Below, one piece after another: positions 39,493 through 50,438 of a stretch of DNA of 64,000 nucleotides. The stretch comes from Squalus acanthias. Its lineage: Eukaryota. Numbering within the stretch: position 1 is the stretch's first letter; each line of letters begins with the position of its first letter. The position numbers and the translations under genes are program-made. The notes beneath the pieces are model-generated. The model was given only the letters and a program-made list of their open reading frames with translations, had not been told where the DNA came from and made no database searches. The stretch spans positions 118,546,001 through 118,610,000 of the forward strand of contig CM059431.1 in NCBI GenBank assembly GCA_030390025.1, in the 5' to 3' direction.

Positions 39493-41810
39493 TGAGTGTC
39501 TCCGCTTCCACCACTTCCGTCGGCAGCGAGTGCCAAGTCCTCACCACTCGCTGCGTAAAAAAGTTTTTCCTCACATCCCCCCTCTATCTCTTGCCCAAAA
39601 CCTTAAATGTGTGTCCACTAGTCCTTGTGCCATCAACTAGTGGGAACAGCTTTTCGCCATCTAGCCTATCCAAACCCGTCATAATCTTGTACACCTCGAT
39701 CAAATCACCCCTCAAATTTTTTGCTCTAATGAAAACAAATCCAGCTTCTCCAGCCTGTCCTTGTAACTAAGATCCCCCATCCCTGGAACCATTCTGGTAA
39801 ATCTCCTCTGCACCCTCTCAAGTGCCTTCACATCCTTCCTAAAGTATAGTGACCAGAATTGGATGGAATACTCCAGTTGTGGCCTAACCAGTGCATTATA
39901 AATGTTCAGCATAACTTCTATACTTTTGTACTCAATACCTCTATTTATGAAGCCCCAGATCCAATATGCTTTCCTAACCACTCTCTCAATATGTCCCGCC
40001 ATCTTCAGGGACCTATGCACATTAACTCCCAGGTTCCTCTGTCCCTGCACATTCTTTAAAACTGTGCCATTCAGTGTATACCGCCTCTCCCTGTTCCTTC
40101 TGCCAAAATGCATCACCTCACACTTCTCTGTATTAAATGCCATCTGCCACTTGTCTGCCCATTCTGCTTGCCGTTCTGTGTCCTGTTGTAGTCGATTGGT
40201 ATCATCCTTACTGTTTGCCGCACCCCCAAGTTTGGTGTAATCGGCAAAGTTAGAAATTCTACTCTGTATTCCAATATCCAGGTCATTTATATATATCACA
40301 AAAATCAGTGGCCCCAGCACTGACCCTTGGGGAACACCACTGTCTACCATCCTCCAGTCTGAAAAACAGCCATTTACCACAACTCGCTGTTTTCTGTCCT
40401 TAAGTCCATTCCTTATGCAAGCTGCCACTGACCCACCTATTTCATGAGCCTCAGTTTTATTAACCAGCCTTCTATGTGCTACTTTGTCAAATGCCTTCCT
40501 AAAATCCATGTAGACAACATCCATTGCATTTCCTTCACCTATCCTCCCTGTTACTTCGTCAAAAAATTAAACTGGTTTAGTCAAACATGATCTGCCTTTT
40601 ACAATCCCATGTTGGCCCTCCTTAATTAGCTTAAACCTCTCCAAGTGCCTGTTAATTTTTTCCTTGATTATTGTTTCTAAAACTTTACCCACCACTGATG
40701 TTAAACTGACCGGCCTGCAGTTACTAGGATTGTCCTTACACCCTTTCTTGACAATAGTGTCATATTTGCCACTTTCCAATCCTCAGGCACCTCCCCTGCA
40801 TCTAGGGAAGATTGGAAAATGATGCCCTTCCGCTATCTCCTCCCCCAATTCCCTTAGCAACCTGTGATGCAAGCCATCTGGACCAGGTGACTTATCCACT
40901 CTAAGCATACCCAGCCTTTCTAGTACAACCTGTCTATCAATTTTCACCCCTTCCATTGCTTCTACCTTTTCCACTGCTACCGATATTTTGTCAGCATCCA
41001 CCTCCTTAGTAAACACCGATGCAAAGTACTCATTGATTATTCTAGCCTTGCCCTGCGCCTCTAAGCATATATCACCTTCTTTGTCCCTAATAGGCCCCAC
41101 CCCGCCTCTTACTACCCGCTTACTGTTTACATGCCAGTAGAAGATTTTTGGGTCCCCTTTTATGTTAACTGCCATTCTACTCTCATATTCTCTCTTTGCC
41201 AATCTTATTTTCATCTTCACTTCCCCTCTCAACTTATTGTATTTGGTCTGGTTCTCTCTTGAAGAATTCACCTGACATTCATCATATACCCTCTTTTTTT
41301 GTTTAATCATCTTCTCTATCTCCCTCATCATCCAAGGAGCCCTTGCTTTGGTTCGCTTACCCTTCCCTCTTGTTGGAATGTACCTAACCTGTACTTGGAA
41401 CATCTCCTCCTTAAAGATCACCCATTGTTCCATTACAGTTTTTCCTGTCAGCCTTTGGTTCCATTTTACTCTGGCTAGATCCTTTCGCATCCCATTGAAG
41501 TTAGCCCTATTCCAGTTTAGAAGTTCCACTCATGATTGTTCCTTGCTCCTCGCCATTGCTAATCTAAATCTTATGATACGATGATCACTCGTACCCAAGT
41601 GTTCTTCCACAGACACTTGGTCGACCTGACCCACCTCATTCCCCAGCACCAGATCCAGTAATGCCTCCTTCCTAGTTGGGCCAAGAACATACTGGTCAAG
41701 GAAATTCTCCTGAACACATATCAGAAATTCCTCCCCCTCCTTTCCCTTTACCCTGGCATTATCCGAATCGATATTTGGGTAATTAAAGTTCCCCAATATC
41801 ACCACTCTAT

Positions 41811-42703
41811 GGGGGAGAAATTCAGTATCGCCCCATTTGGGGTGCAATTATCGGCCGGGCGCAAAGATTAGCGCCTGGCGCTAATTATCGCCACCGACTG
41901 CAAACTTGACTTTTATCGCCCCTGGAGGTGATTGCAGCGCTAAATCAGGCGCTTCACACCTGTCTTAAGGCGCAAAGGCCGAGGAGCGAGGCGCTACCTC
42001 AGAGCGCTGGCGAAGCTCATGTAATGTCAGTCAGCAGTGGAACACACACACAATGGCACGGGCCAGTTCTTAAAGGGGATGGTTAATCTTGCATTCCATC
42101 CACATCCTGCTCATTGCAGCCTTGAATCTCGGCCTGGAGAGACCTGCACATCAAATCTGCTGGAAACAACAATGGAGAGTACCAGGCAAAGAGCTCAGAG
42201 TGCAGCCCCCACAGTCTCTTCTAAATCGATACAAGGAATGGCAAATCAAAATGAACCTGCAAAGTACTGCTCAGTACCCAAAACTCCTTCACACAACGTT
42301 GAATCTCTCCAGAAGTCTCTCCCTCTCTCTCTCAGAATGCGTAGTTCAAAAATGGCACCAACAATAAAAGGCAGGAAGCGGTCACCTTTAAATAGCGCTC
42401 CCCCTTTCCCTTCATGACTGCAGAACGCTCCCCTCAACCTGTCATTGCTAGCGTCAGGCGGTAAGGCAGGGGGCGCCACTCAATATCCGCTCCGGGGCGA
42501 TACCGGGGTGTTGCGCACTCGACTGACGTCACGATCTGCCGGTGCAGGAGATCGTGGCGGTAGTGTTTAGCGCCGCCGCAAAATTTCTAGTTAATTTCGC
42601 GAGCCGCGCAAACTTCGCCGCGCCTGGGCGCCAGATGCTTTGCGCCCCATTAGCGCCCTCTTAAGGCGCTAACGGGAGGCGCAACCAACTGAATTTTTCC
42701 CCC
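41811..42703. mobile_element. Harbinger MITE family B
   Basis: TIR GGGGGAGAAATTC / GAATTTTTCCCCC with TAT TSD. Colinear with 38598-39492. Confidence 0.9.
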
Positions 42704-43244
42704 TATAACTCTTGCATATCTCTGCGATTTCCCTGCAGATTTGCTCCTTTACCACCCTCTCACTATTTGGACGCCTATAGAATACCCCCAATAGCGTGAT
42801 CACACCCTTTTTGCTCCTCACCAAATGGACTCTGTCTTTGTCCCCTCAAGAACATCCTCCCCTTCCAACATTAAAATGTCTTCCTTAATCAGCACTGCCA
42901 CCCCACCTCCCTTTTTTTCTTCCCTATCTTTTCTGAACACCTTCTACCCTTGAATATTAAGTGCCCAGTCCTCACCGCTTTTAAGTCACGTTTCCGTGAT
43001 TGCCACAACATCATATTGCCACATGGCTAATTGTGCTTGTAGCTCACCAAACTTATTCACTACACTTTGTGCGTTTACATACATGCATTCTGAACCCATT
43101 TTCTTATTCTGCTCCTAGCTAATATGGTACTACATCCGCCTCTAGCACTACTTTCTTCTCTGGTACTATCCAACACACTCACTCTTTTATGCACCTTATT
43201 CCCCTTTTCTACTCCTATATGCTGGTGCCCATCCCCCTGCCAAG

Positions 43245-44061
43245 CTAGTTTAAACCCTCCCTAACTGCACTACCAAATCTCCCCACGAGAATATTGGTCC
43301 CGGCTCTGTTGAGGTGTAACCCGTCCGGCTTGTACACATCCCACCTTCCCCAGAAACGGTCCCAATGGCTCAAGAATCTAAAGCCCCCCCTCCTGCACCA
43401 CCTCTCCAGCCACGCATTCATCTGTTCTATCCTCCTATTCCTGTACTCATTGGCACGTGGCACCGGGAGTAATCAGAGATTACTAACTTTGAGGTCCTGC
43501 TTTTTAATCTCTTTCCTAACTCCCTATAGTCTGCCTGCAGGACCTCATCCCTCTTTCTACCTATGTCGTTGGTACCAATATGGACAATGACCTCTGGCTG
43601 TTCACCTTCCCCCTTCAGAGTGTCCTGCATCCACTCAGTGATATCCTTGACCCTGGCACCAGGGAGGCAACATACCATCCTGGAGTCACGTCTGCGCCCA
43701 CAGAAACGCCTATCTGTTCCCCTAAACAATGAATCCCCTATCACTATTGCTCGTCCACTCTTCTTCCTCTCCCCCTGTGCAGCTGAGCCACCCGTGGTGC
43801 CATGGTGTTGGCTCATCACCTCCACCAGTTTCCAGAACTGTGAACTGGATAGCGAGTGAGATGCGCTCTGGGGATTTCTGCCCTACCTGCCTGCTCCTCC
43901 TTCTCTGCCTGCACATTCTGTGGCTGCGGGGTGGCCACTTCTAGAAACGTGCTTTCCAAGTATTTCTCAGCCTCGCGGATGTACTGTAGTGACTTCAGCT
44001 GCCGCTGAAGCTCCGAAACCCGGAGCTCGAGTTGCTGCAGTTGGTGACACTTCCTGCACAT
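43245..44061 (-). pseudogene. CR1 ORF1 (coiled coil + SGNH/GDSL esterase), frameshifted
   Basis: VIGDS, PGA, HIGTND and DGLHLN blocks in successive frames. Confidence 0.88.
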
Positions 44062-44342
44062 GTGGTCGTCCAGGCCACAAGAAGCTACCCACCAATCAGC
44101 ACTTCCCTCTATTAGATAGGCTATGAACTACTTAGCAGAAATATACTCAAAACAGCACAAAAAAAACTTACCACAGATACTCACCTCTCAGCTCCCATGT
44201 GCCAGCGACACCTTTGAATTCTGACGTCACTCCTTCATTGTGTCACTTGCCGACTGTCTCTTTTGCAGGTAGTCTGCTCACTCAGACGCCCAGGCCTCTG
44301 CTCCACGCTGCCTTTATCCCCGGGTTCCAACTCCATTCCTAC

Positions 44343-46354
44343 CGAGTCGATGACTCTATGAGGTGGTGGCAGACATCTGCAGCCTCCGAGGAGAAGACCT
44401 GGCTGGGGGGGTGCTGGGGGTGGGGCTACGGGTCAGAAGTGGAAATGTTTTGAGTGGAGTTCCCACTTCCATGTCCCCTTTCACCATCATCCCTCTCCTG
44501 GGCCAGCACTACATCACTCCTACTACTCTGCTGCAGACCAGCTTGGTGAAGAACAGTGATGTGTTGCAAGGCCATGGATAAGGTATCTGTCATGCTGTTT
44601 AAGATGGCAGTCATGTTGACATTCAAAATCAGCATGGCCATTCAAATGGCCTGCATGGACTCATTTGAGAGCTGTGCTTGAAGCTCCATGGAGGTGGCCA
44701 CTCTCTCCATGGCAGACATTCTTGAAATTCCCTGCAATCCACTAGCGATCGAGTTGGACACCTCCATCCTGTCTGCCATTGTGAAGAATGTGCGTGGCAC
44801 ATCTGTCAGTACCTGGCTAAGTTGCTGATGCACCTCTAGCATTCTACTTCTCAACGATAGTCCCCGTGGTTCAGCATCTGTGTCCAGCTGAGCAGAGCTC
44901 GTAGAGGGCTGTGCCTCCCGACATGGCCTCTCCACAGTTGTCCCTGCCACCAGTGTCTGCTCGTGCTCACTTGTGAGTTGTGAATCACCAGGTGAAAATC
45001 CAACTAACTGTCTAAGTGGATCCACTGAAGTGCGAGTATTTGCGCTGGTGCATGGCTGTGCGTCCTGTGACGGTGCACCCTCAGAAAGAATGAGGTCCTC
45101 TGAGGAATCGTCCTCATGCATGTCCAGCGACACTTGGAAGACAAAAGAAAGTGACATGAATTTGTCATAGCAAAGCCACGATCTTGACAGTCACCATACT
45201 CAGTCTTGTCTTAGTTCAGTCATTGATGAAATACAGTCAGAATATGGGTGTCAGAGATATTTGTAATTCTGTCATCAGCTATCTGTGAGTTTGCTGTCTC
45301 TCCATCTCCAATTGAGAGGGATGCTGATATGCCACTTATCTCCATGGCATCCTCCTCTGCATCAGTGAGCTGTACTATTTGTGGCAGCCCTCCTCCAGAC
45401 CTCTCCCTCGCCCTTGCATTTTGCGCTCTCTTCTTCTACAAGAGGTGAAGAAACAGAGTTGTGGGTGACTGAAGGTCAGGTATTCACCCAATGGATGCAG
45501 TGCATTTAGTGAGGGTGACTATGAGACAGATGCATCACATTGCATAAGGATTGGGGTGTGTGGTAATGGTGGATGGATAAATGGGGAAGTGATGAAGTAC
45601 ATGGAAAGTGAAAGCTGGATGCTGCTGAATTCCGAGTGGGTGTGAGGAGTGATGTGATGCAGTACACTTGGCAAGACAGAGTGAAAGGGGACGAGGTTTA
45701 CATGACAGGATGTAGTTGAAACAGCAAATGTACTCACTTTTCCTGACCTGGTGAGGTCATTAAACCGCTTCCTACATTGCATCCAAGACCTGGGCACAAT
45801 GCTCCTGTTGCTCACCTCCTCAGCTATCTCCAACCAGACCTTCTTGGTGAGAGCCACAGGTTTCTTCCTCCCATTGCTGGGTAAAAGTCTGTCCTTCCTG
45901 CTCCTGACTGCACCCAGCAGTAATTACAGAGATGTATCAGTAAATCTGAGTGCTGCTCTTGCTCTCGGTGCATCCATTGTGAAAACCTCCTGGCTCCTCC
46001 AAATTCCATTTCTACATTATCCCTTTAAATAGAGTTGAGATCACGTCATGCGGATGTGCATCACACCCTGCTGCGCAGCTTGGAGACGCAAAAGCCGGAA
46101 GCTAAAATTTATTGCTTCAATTCAGTCGTGATCGCAGATTCTGACTGTAATATATGTGGGTAGAACAAATGAAGAACAGAGACACGATGAGTTGCTAGTT
46201 CATGTGCTTGCTTTATTAGGCCAGAGTGAACTGAGCATGCTCATACCAAACCATGCGATAATACATTACACTGACCCACTGACTTGACCTCCGGGTTTCG
46301 TCCAAGCAATTCCACCCACCGCTTGGAAACTGCTTTCACATTAATACTGGGGCC
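44343..46354 (-). mobile_element. Harbinger Myb-side half: 3-exon Myb/SANT pseudogene plus terminus
   Basis: Exon 1 ~45738-45977 (WLEIAEEV..RSWMQCRKRFNDL), exon 2 KRAQNARARERSGGG, exon 3 homologous to 35410-36413. Truncated at the CR1 5' end. Confidence 0.8.
46146..46270 (-). mobile_element. 125 bp solo-LTR-like insertion
   Basis: TGTAAT..ATTACA ends, exact 5-bp TSD CTGAC, minus-strand AATAAA. Confidence 0.75.
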
Positions 46355-46577
46355 TATGTATCCCTTGAACAGCATTATTGAAACAAAGCATTTCCACGAA
46401 TCTCATATTTAGACAGTCTTCAGTTTCTTTCAAGTCACAATCATATTCCTCCTCTTGAGAGTAACATTGTTCTCACAAAAGTCTCTGTTCCTTTGTGCTA
46501 TCTGTTAAAATACAGGAAGTAAGGTGTATGACTCTGACTCCCCTGGTTTCAGTTATCAGCAAGATTAGAAACTGTTT

Positions 46578-47208
46578 GGCCTAGAAATTAGATAAAGCCT
46601 GAAAACGGGGTGGGGGGAGGGGGCGGAATCACAATGCACTACCAACCCGCGCCCTTTTGGAGGCCTGCAGGCAGCACTGGAACTTGGTGCTCTCTGCTGA
46701 TTAGGATTATTGTGGTGTTCAGCCCCCCCACTGAACGTGCTGAATGGCTGAACTCCCAGCAAGGACTCTGGGGAGAGCCTGGAGGTCAAGGCCAGGATCG
46801 GAAGGGCCTGGAGGTTGGGGCCAGGCTCGGGGGGTGGGGGGGGGGGGGGAAATCGGAGGGGGCCTGAAGGTCAGAGTCGGGAGTGAGGTCGGAGATGATA
46901 ATGGTAAGTGCTTAGCTTTTATAATTTGGCGCTGTTTAGCGTTGGTTTTCCGGGAGGCAGTCAACGCTGGCATTGGTTGTCTCAGAAGCAAGCCAAATTT
47001 GTAAGAGGAAGCAGAAGCAGGTGTTAGGCCCCTTATTTGAATATGTTAATGGCCTAACGCCTGCTTCAGTCAAAGGTAAATGATGCCTCTTTTTTTTGCC
47101 CTCACCAATATGGCGTCTAGCGTGGCCCGCGTGGAAGTGGACAGAAGCGAGGCAGACGCCATCTTTTCCACAAAACTGGCCTTAATAGTTGGCGCTAATT
47201 TCAGGCCC
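46578..47208. mobile_element. Non-autonomous Harbinger-type element
   Basis: GGCCTAGAAATTAG / CTAATTTCAGGCCC ends. Confidence 0.65.
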
Positions 47209-47533
47209 ATTATATCTTTCTTTCAACAACCTCCAGACTGGCATTAATGTAATCCTGGCTCTGCATACGCCCTCTGGAGCCACAGAAAGGCAAGATTAGA
47301 ATGAGTGTAATTGTTTTCAGTTAACAACCCAGAAGCAAACATGAATACAGTCCTGGTTTTGCAGGCTCTTTCTGGTTTCACAGATAGTCAATATGAGAAT
47401 TAGTTCACGGTTTTCTCCCAACAAATGAGTAATAACGCAATCCTGGCTGTGCTTCAAGTACTTCAATTATTTCCTGCTGCAATTTTGCCGCTTCTTGAGC
47501 TGGTAGACTCACGCTAATAAACAGGTGACAGCA

Positions 47534-47688
47534 GTGGGGAATTTCCTCGGAGCTGCTTCCACTCAGCGGCTGTAACTTCGGCCAAAGTGCGGTGGAAGCC
47601 CCGTGTATGCACATAAATGGGGTTTCCACCAAACTTCCACCGAAGTTAGGGCAGTGGACCTGGAGCAGCTCTGAGGAAATTCCCAGCT
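47534..47688. mobile_element. ~155 bp palindromic MITE
   Basis: GGGAATTTCCTC / GAGGAAATTCCC inverted ends. Confidence 0.65.
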
Positions 47689-47756
47689 AGCAAATGCTGA
47701 GTGAAGCAGGTTACATACACTGAGTGCTCTAGTTTTCTCTGGAACACAAAGTGCAA

Positions 47757-49279
47757 GGGGGAAAAATTTGATAGGTTAGCGCCTCCCATTAGCGCCTGCA
47801 GAGGGTGGTAATGGGGCGCTGATGCAGTAGCACTTGGGCGAGGCGAATCCAGCGCCGCACGCCAAATCTGCCCCCCCCCCCCCCATTGCACCACCGGTAC
47901 GAGGTACCGCCAGGAACTTCAACGCTAGGCAGATCGTGCCGTCAGTGAATGTGCAACACTCACCGGGTACCCAATCTGCAAAATTCATTGTCGCCACTTA
48001 CCTTTGCGCCTTGACCAGACAGTGACAGGGAGAGCAGGCACACAGCTGATGGAAGTCGGCTCCAGTGACATTATTTAAAGGCATCAGCATTAATCACTTG
48101 CAGCTGTCAGGGCAGGTTAGTTTCAGTGGTTTCTTGTCAGTTTCACCCAGTGGAACAATTTCTATGAGTAATTTCAAGCTTCTTTTTTATCAGCAGTCTT
48201 CTGCCAAGTGCAAAGTGGCTACATTTATTGTTCAAAGATTCAAACTGCTACACTTGGCAACATTAATGGGGGCTGTACTGGCATGCCACCTCGCCCTCCA
48301 GGATCTACGGCAGAGGGAGCGTAGGCAGCCAGAAATACGGGAACATGTGTGCAGAGGGATGAGGAGGGACATCAGGGCTCTCACCAGGAGGCCTTACCCT
48401 CCGAGGGTATTCCAACAGCACTTCTGTTACCTTCAATTAAGCAACGAGCAGTGTATTAGACGGCTCCGCATCACCAAGGTGGTGGTCACAGAACTCTGCC
48501 ACCTCCTCCAAACAGACCTCCAGCCTCACAGCAGGATGACTTAAACCCCAGATCGCTTTTGCTCACCACATCCCCATCATTCCATCCCTGTGTCATGCCA
48601 TATCACAGCGTCCTCATGTGCACAAAGGTGAAATGAGAGAAAACAAAATATTGCAAACTCCATTAGTAAATTTATGCATAAACATATCACACATATCACA
48701 TTCATTCTCATAACTAATGACCCTTGTGCCTGCCATAGTTGAATAGCTGTTATTGTGAGATGTGGGTGTGAGTGTTGTTAGGTAGAGATTGTTGGTGGGT
48801 GAGTGCTGGGGGGTCTGGTGCTTTGGGCAGTGTGTGGAGCTTGTGGTACAGATGGTGGCATGTAGCATTTGTTGAAGCATTCAATCTCCCTGACCACCCA
48901 ACTGAGGTGGATCTGCCATGAGCACACCTGCTTCAGTCCTTTGGTTCCTTCTCCTTGTTGTGCTTCTCCTTGCTGAGGCAGCTGCACAGCCAGCAATGCT
49001 GAGAATGAGGTGCTGCAGTATCAATGAACCTCCCCTTTAAGTACTGGGAAAAGCCTGTGGCAATGATGAGTTGAGATAAGACTGCACCAAATATTGGTCC
49101 ACCCTTTGAGAGTAATGCCACTGAGCTAGGCCTTTAAGACTTGAATTAGCGCCCCAATCATTTCTTTGAGCAGTGAGAATGAATTTTGCGTGCAGTCTAA
49201 AGCATTAGCGCCTGACGCTAATTCTCAAACTTTTCTAAAGATACCGCCCATTCGTGGGCTATAATGAATTTCTAGTCCC
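47757..49279. mobile_element. Internally deleted Harbinger, sister of 14668-16320
   Basis: MGAVLACHLALQD..RRPYPPRVF..CIRRLR transposase N-terminus; colinear with 14668-16320. Confidence 0.8.
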
Positions 49280-49829
49280 TAGTGTCCATGCACAGGCTCG
49301 GCACTTGCCTGCTCACCATACTCAGCATCAACTGAGAAGGATTACATTTCCTTAATGTCCAATTAGTGTGTGACGACTGGCACAGGTTCCTGTAATTGAG
49401 TCTCCAGTATGCAGGGAGCTGCCTTGATTTATTTATCCTTCAGCAGTGTCTCTTTCAGAATCAAGGGCAAGGTGCTGACTGGCATCTTGGAAACCAAAGA
49501 TATGTAATACCAGCATGGCTTCTAACACCATTGTGAAGGACCACCAATGAAATGGAGGAAAGCACTCAAATTAAATTGACTAGGCTATATGAAGGTGCAT
49601 GACCAAGTTTCTTGCTACTGTTTGTACTCCCAAACTATTATACAGGTAAACTGGTCGATGGTTCGGACAAACCTGCAGCCACCATTGGTCCTCCTACATC
49701 TCATTCCCAGACAGATTAAGTCGCATGGTTCCCCAGGATCTTCAACATTGCTTCTGCTTAAGGGGGGTCAAAGGTCTATTGTGGGATCACCACATGTGGT
49801 CTGAGAACAACACCCCTCCCCCCAAGATA

Positions 49830-50142
49830 TCTGTGTTCCTCTATTTCTGCCCTCTTGAGCATCCCTGGTTATAATTGCTCAACCATTGGTGGCCGTGCCT
49901 TCTGTTGCCTAGGCCCTAAACTCTGGAATTCCCGGCCTAAACCTCTCTGCCTCTCTACCTCTCTTTCCTCCTTTAAGATGCTCCTTAAAACCTACCTCTT
50001 TGACCAAGCTTTTGGTCATTTGCCCTAATTTCTCCTTATGTGGCTCGGTGTCAAATTTTTTGTCTTATAATACTCCTGTGAAGTGCCTTGGGACATTTTA
50101 CTACGTTAAAGGTGCTATATAAATACAAGTTGTTGTTGTTGT
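49830..50142 (+). mobile_element. L2 LINE 3' end
   Basis: Matches 20090-20390; (GTT)n tail. Confidence 0.8.
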
Positions 50143-50438
50143 GATTATGGGTCTAGTTCTGCTGTGAGAGAGAGATTAGGAAGACATGAGTATTGTAGTG
50201 AAGGCTGCACAGAGTCTTTTGTTACAACAGTTTGACATTTTGTCATATCTGAGGGGCAAAAATCAAGAAAGGACAGATGTGGCAAATGAGGGAGACTTGC
50301 TCATGCAAGATACACAGTACATAGAAGGTGTCACAAGATGGCAGAAGGCATCAGAGTGTGTCCTAGAGATCCATGATGGTAATGGAGTGGGACGTGTATA
50401 AAGAGACTGCAAGGCAAGGTCGGGATCAGATATCTTAC

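Larger units (their letters stand above)
38446..44340 (-). mobile_element. Near-full-length CR1 LINE (ORF1 esterase, ORF2 APE-RT), degraded, with two MITE insertions
   Basis: ORF1 with CRKC plus coiled coil and SGNH motifs. ORF2 with GNFNYP, LDLVL, SDH, DFRKAFD, GVPQGSVLGP, FADYTK. 3' tail at ~38446. Confidence 0.92.

Noticed and set aside
38824..42417. Repeated 110/126-aa ORF (MEHTHNGTG...)
   Set aside because: Internal to two MITE copies; start codon differs; no recognisable domain.
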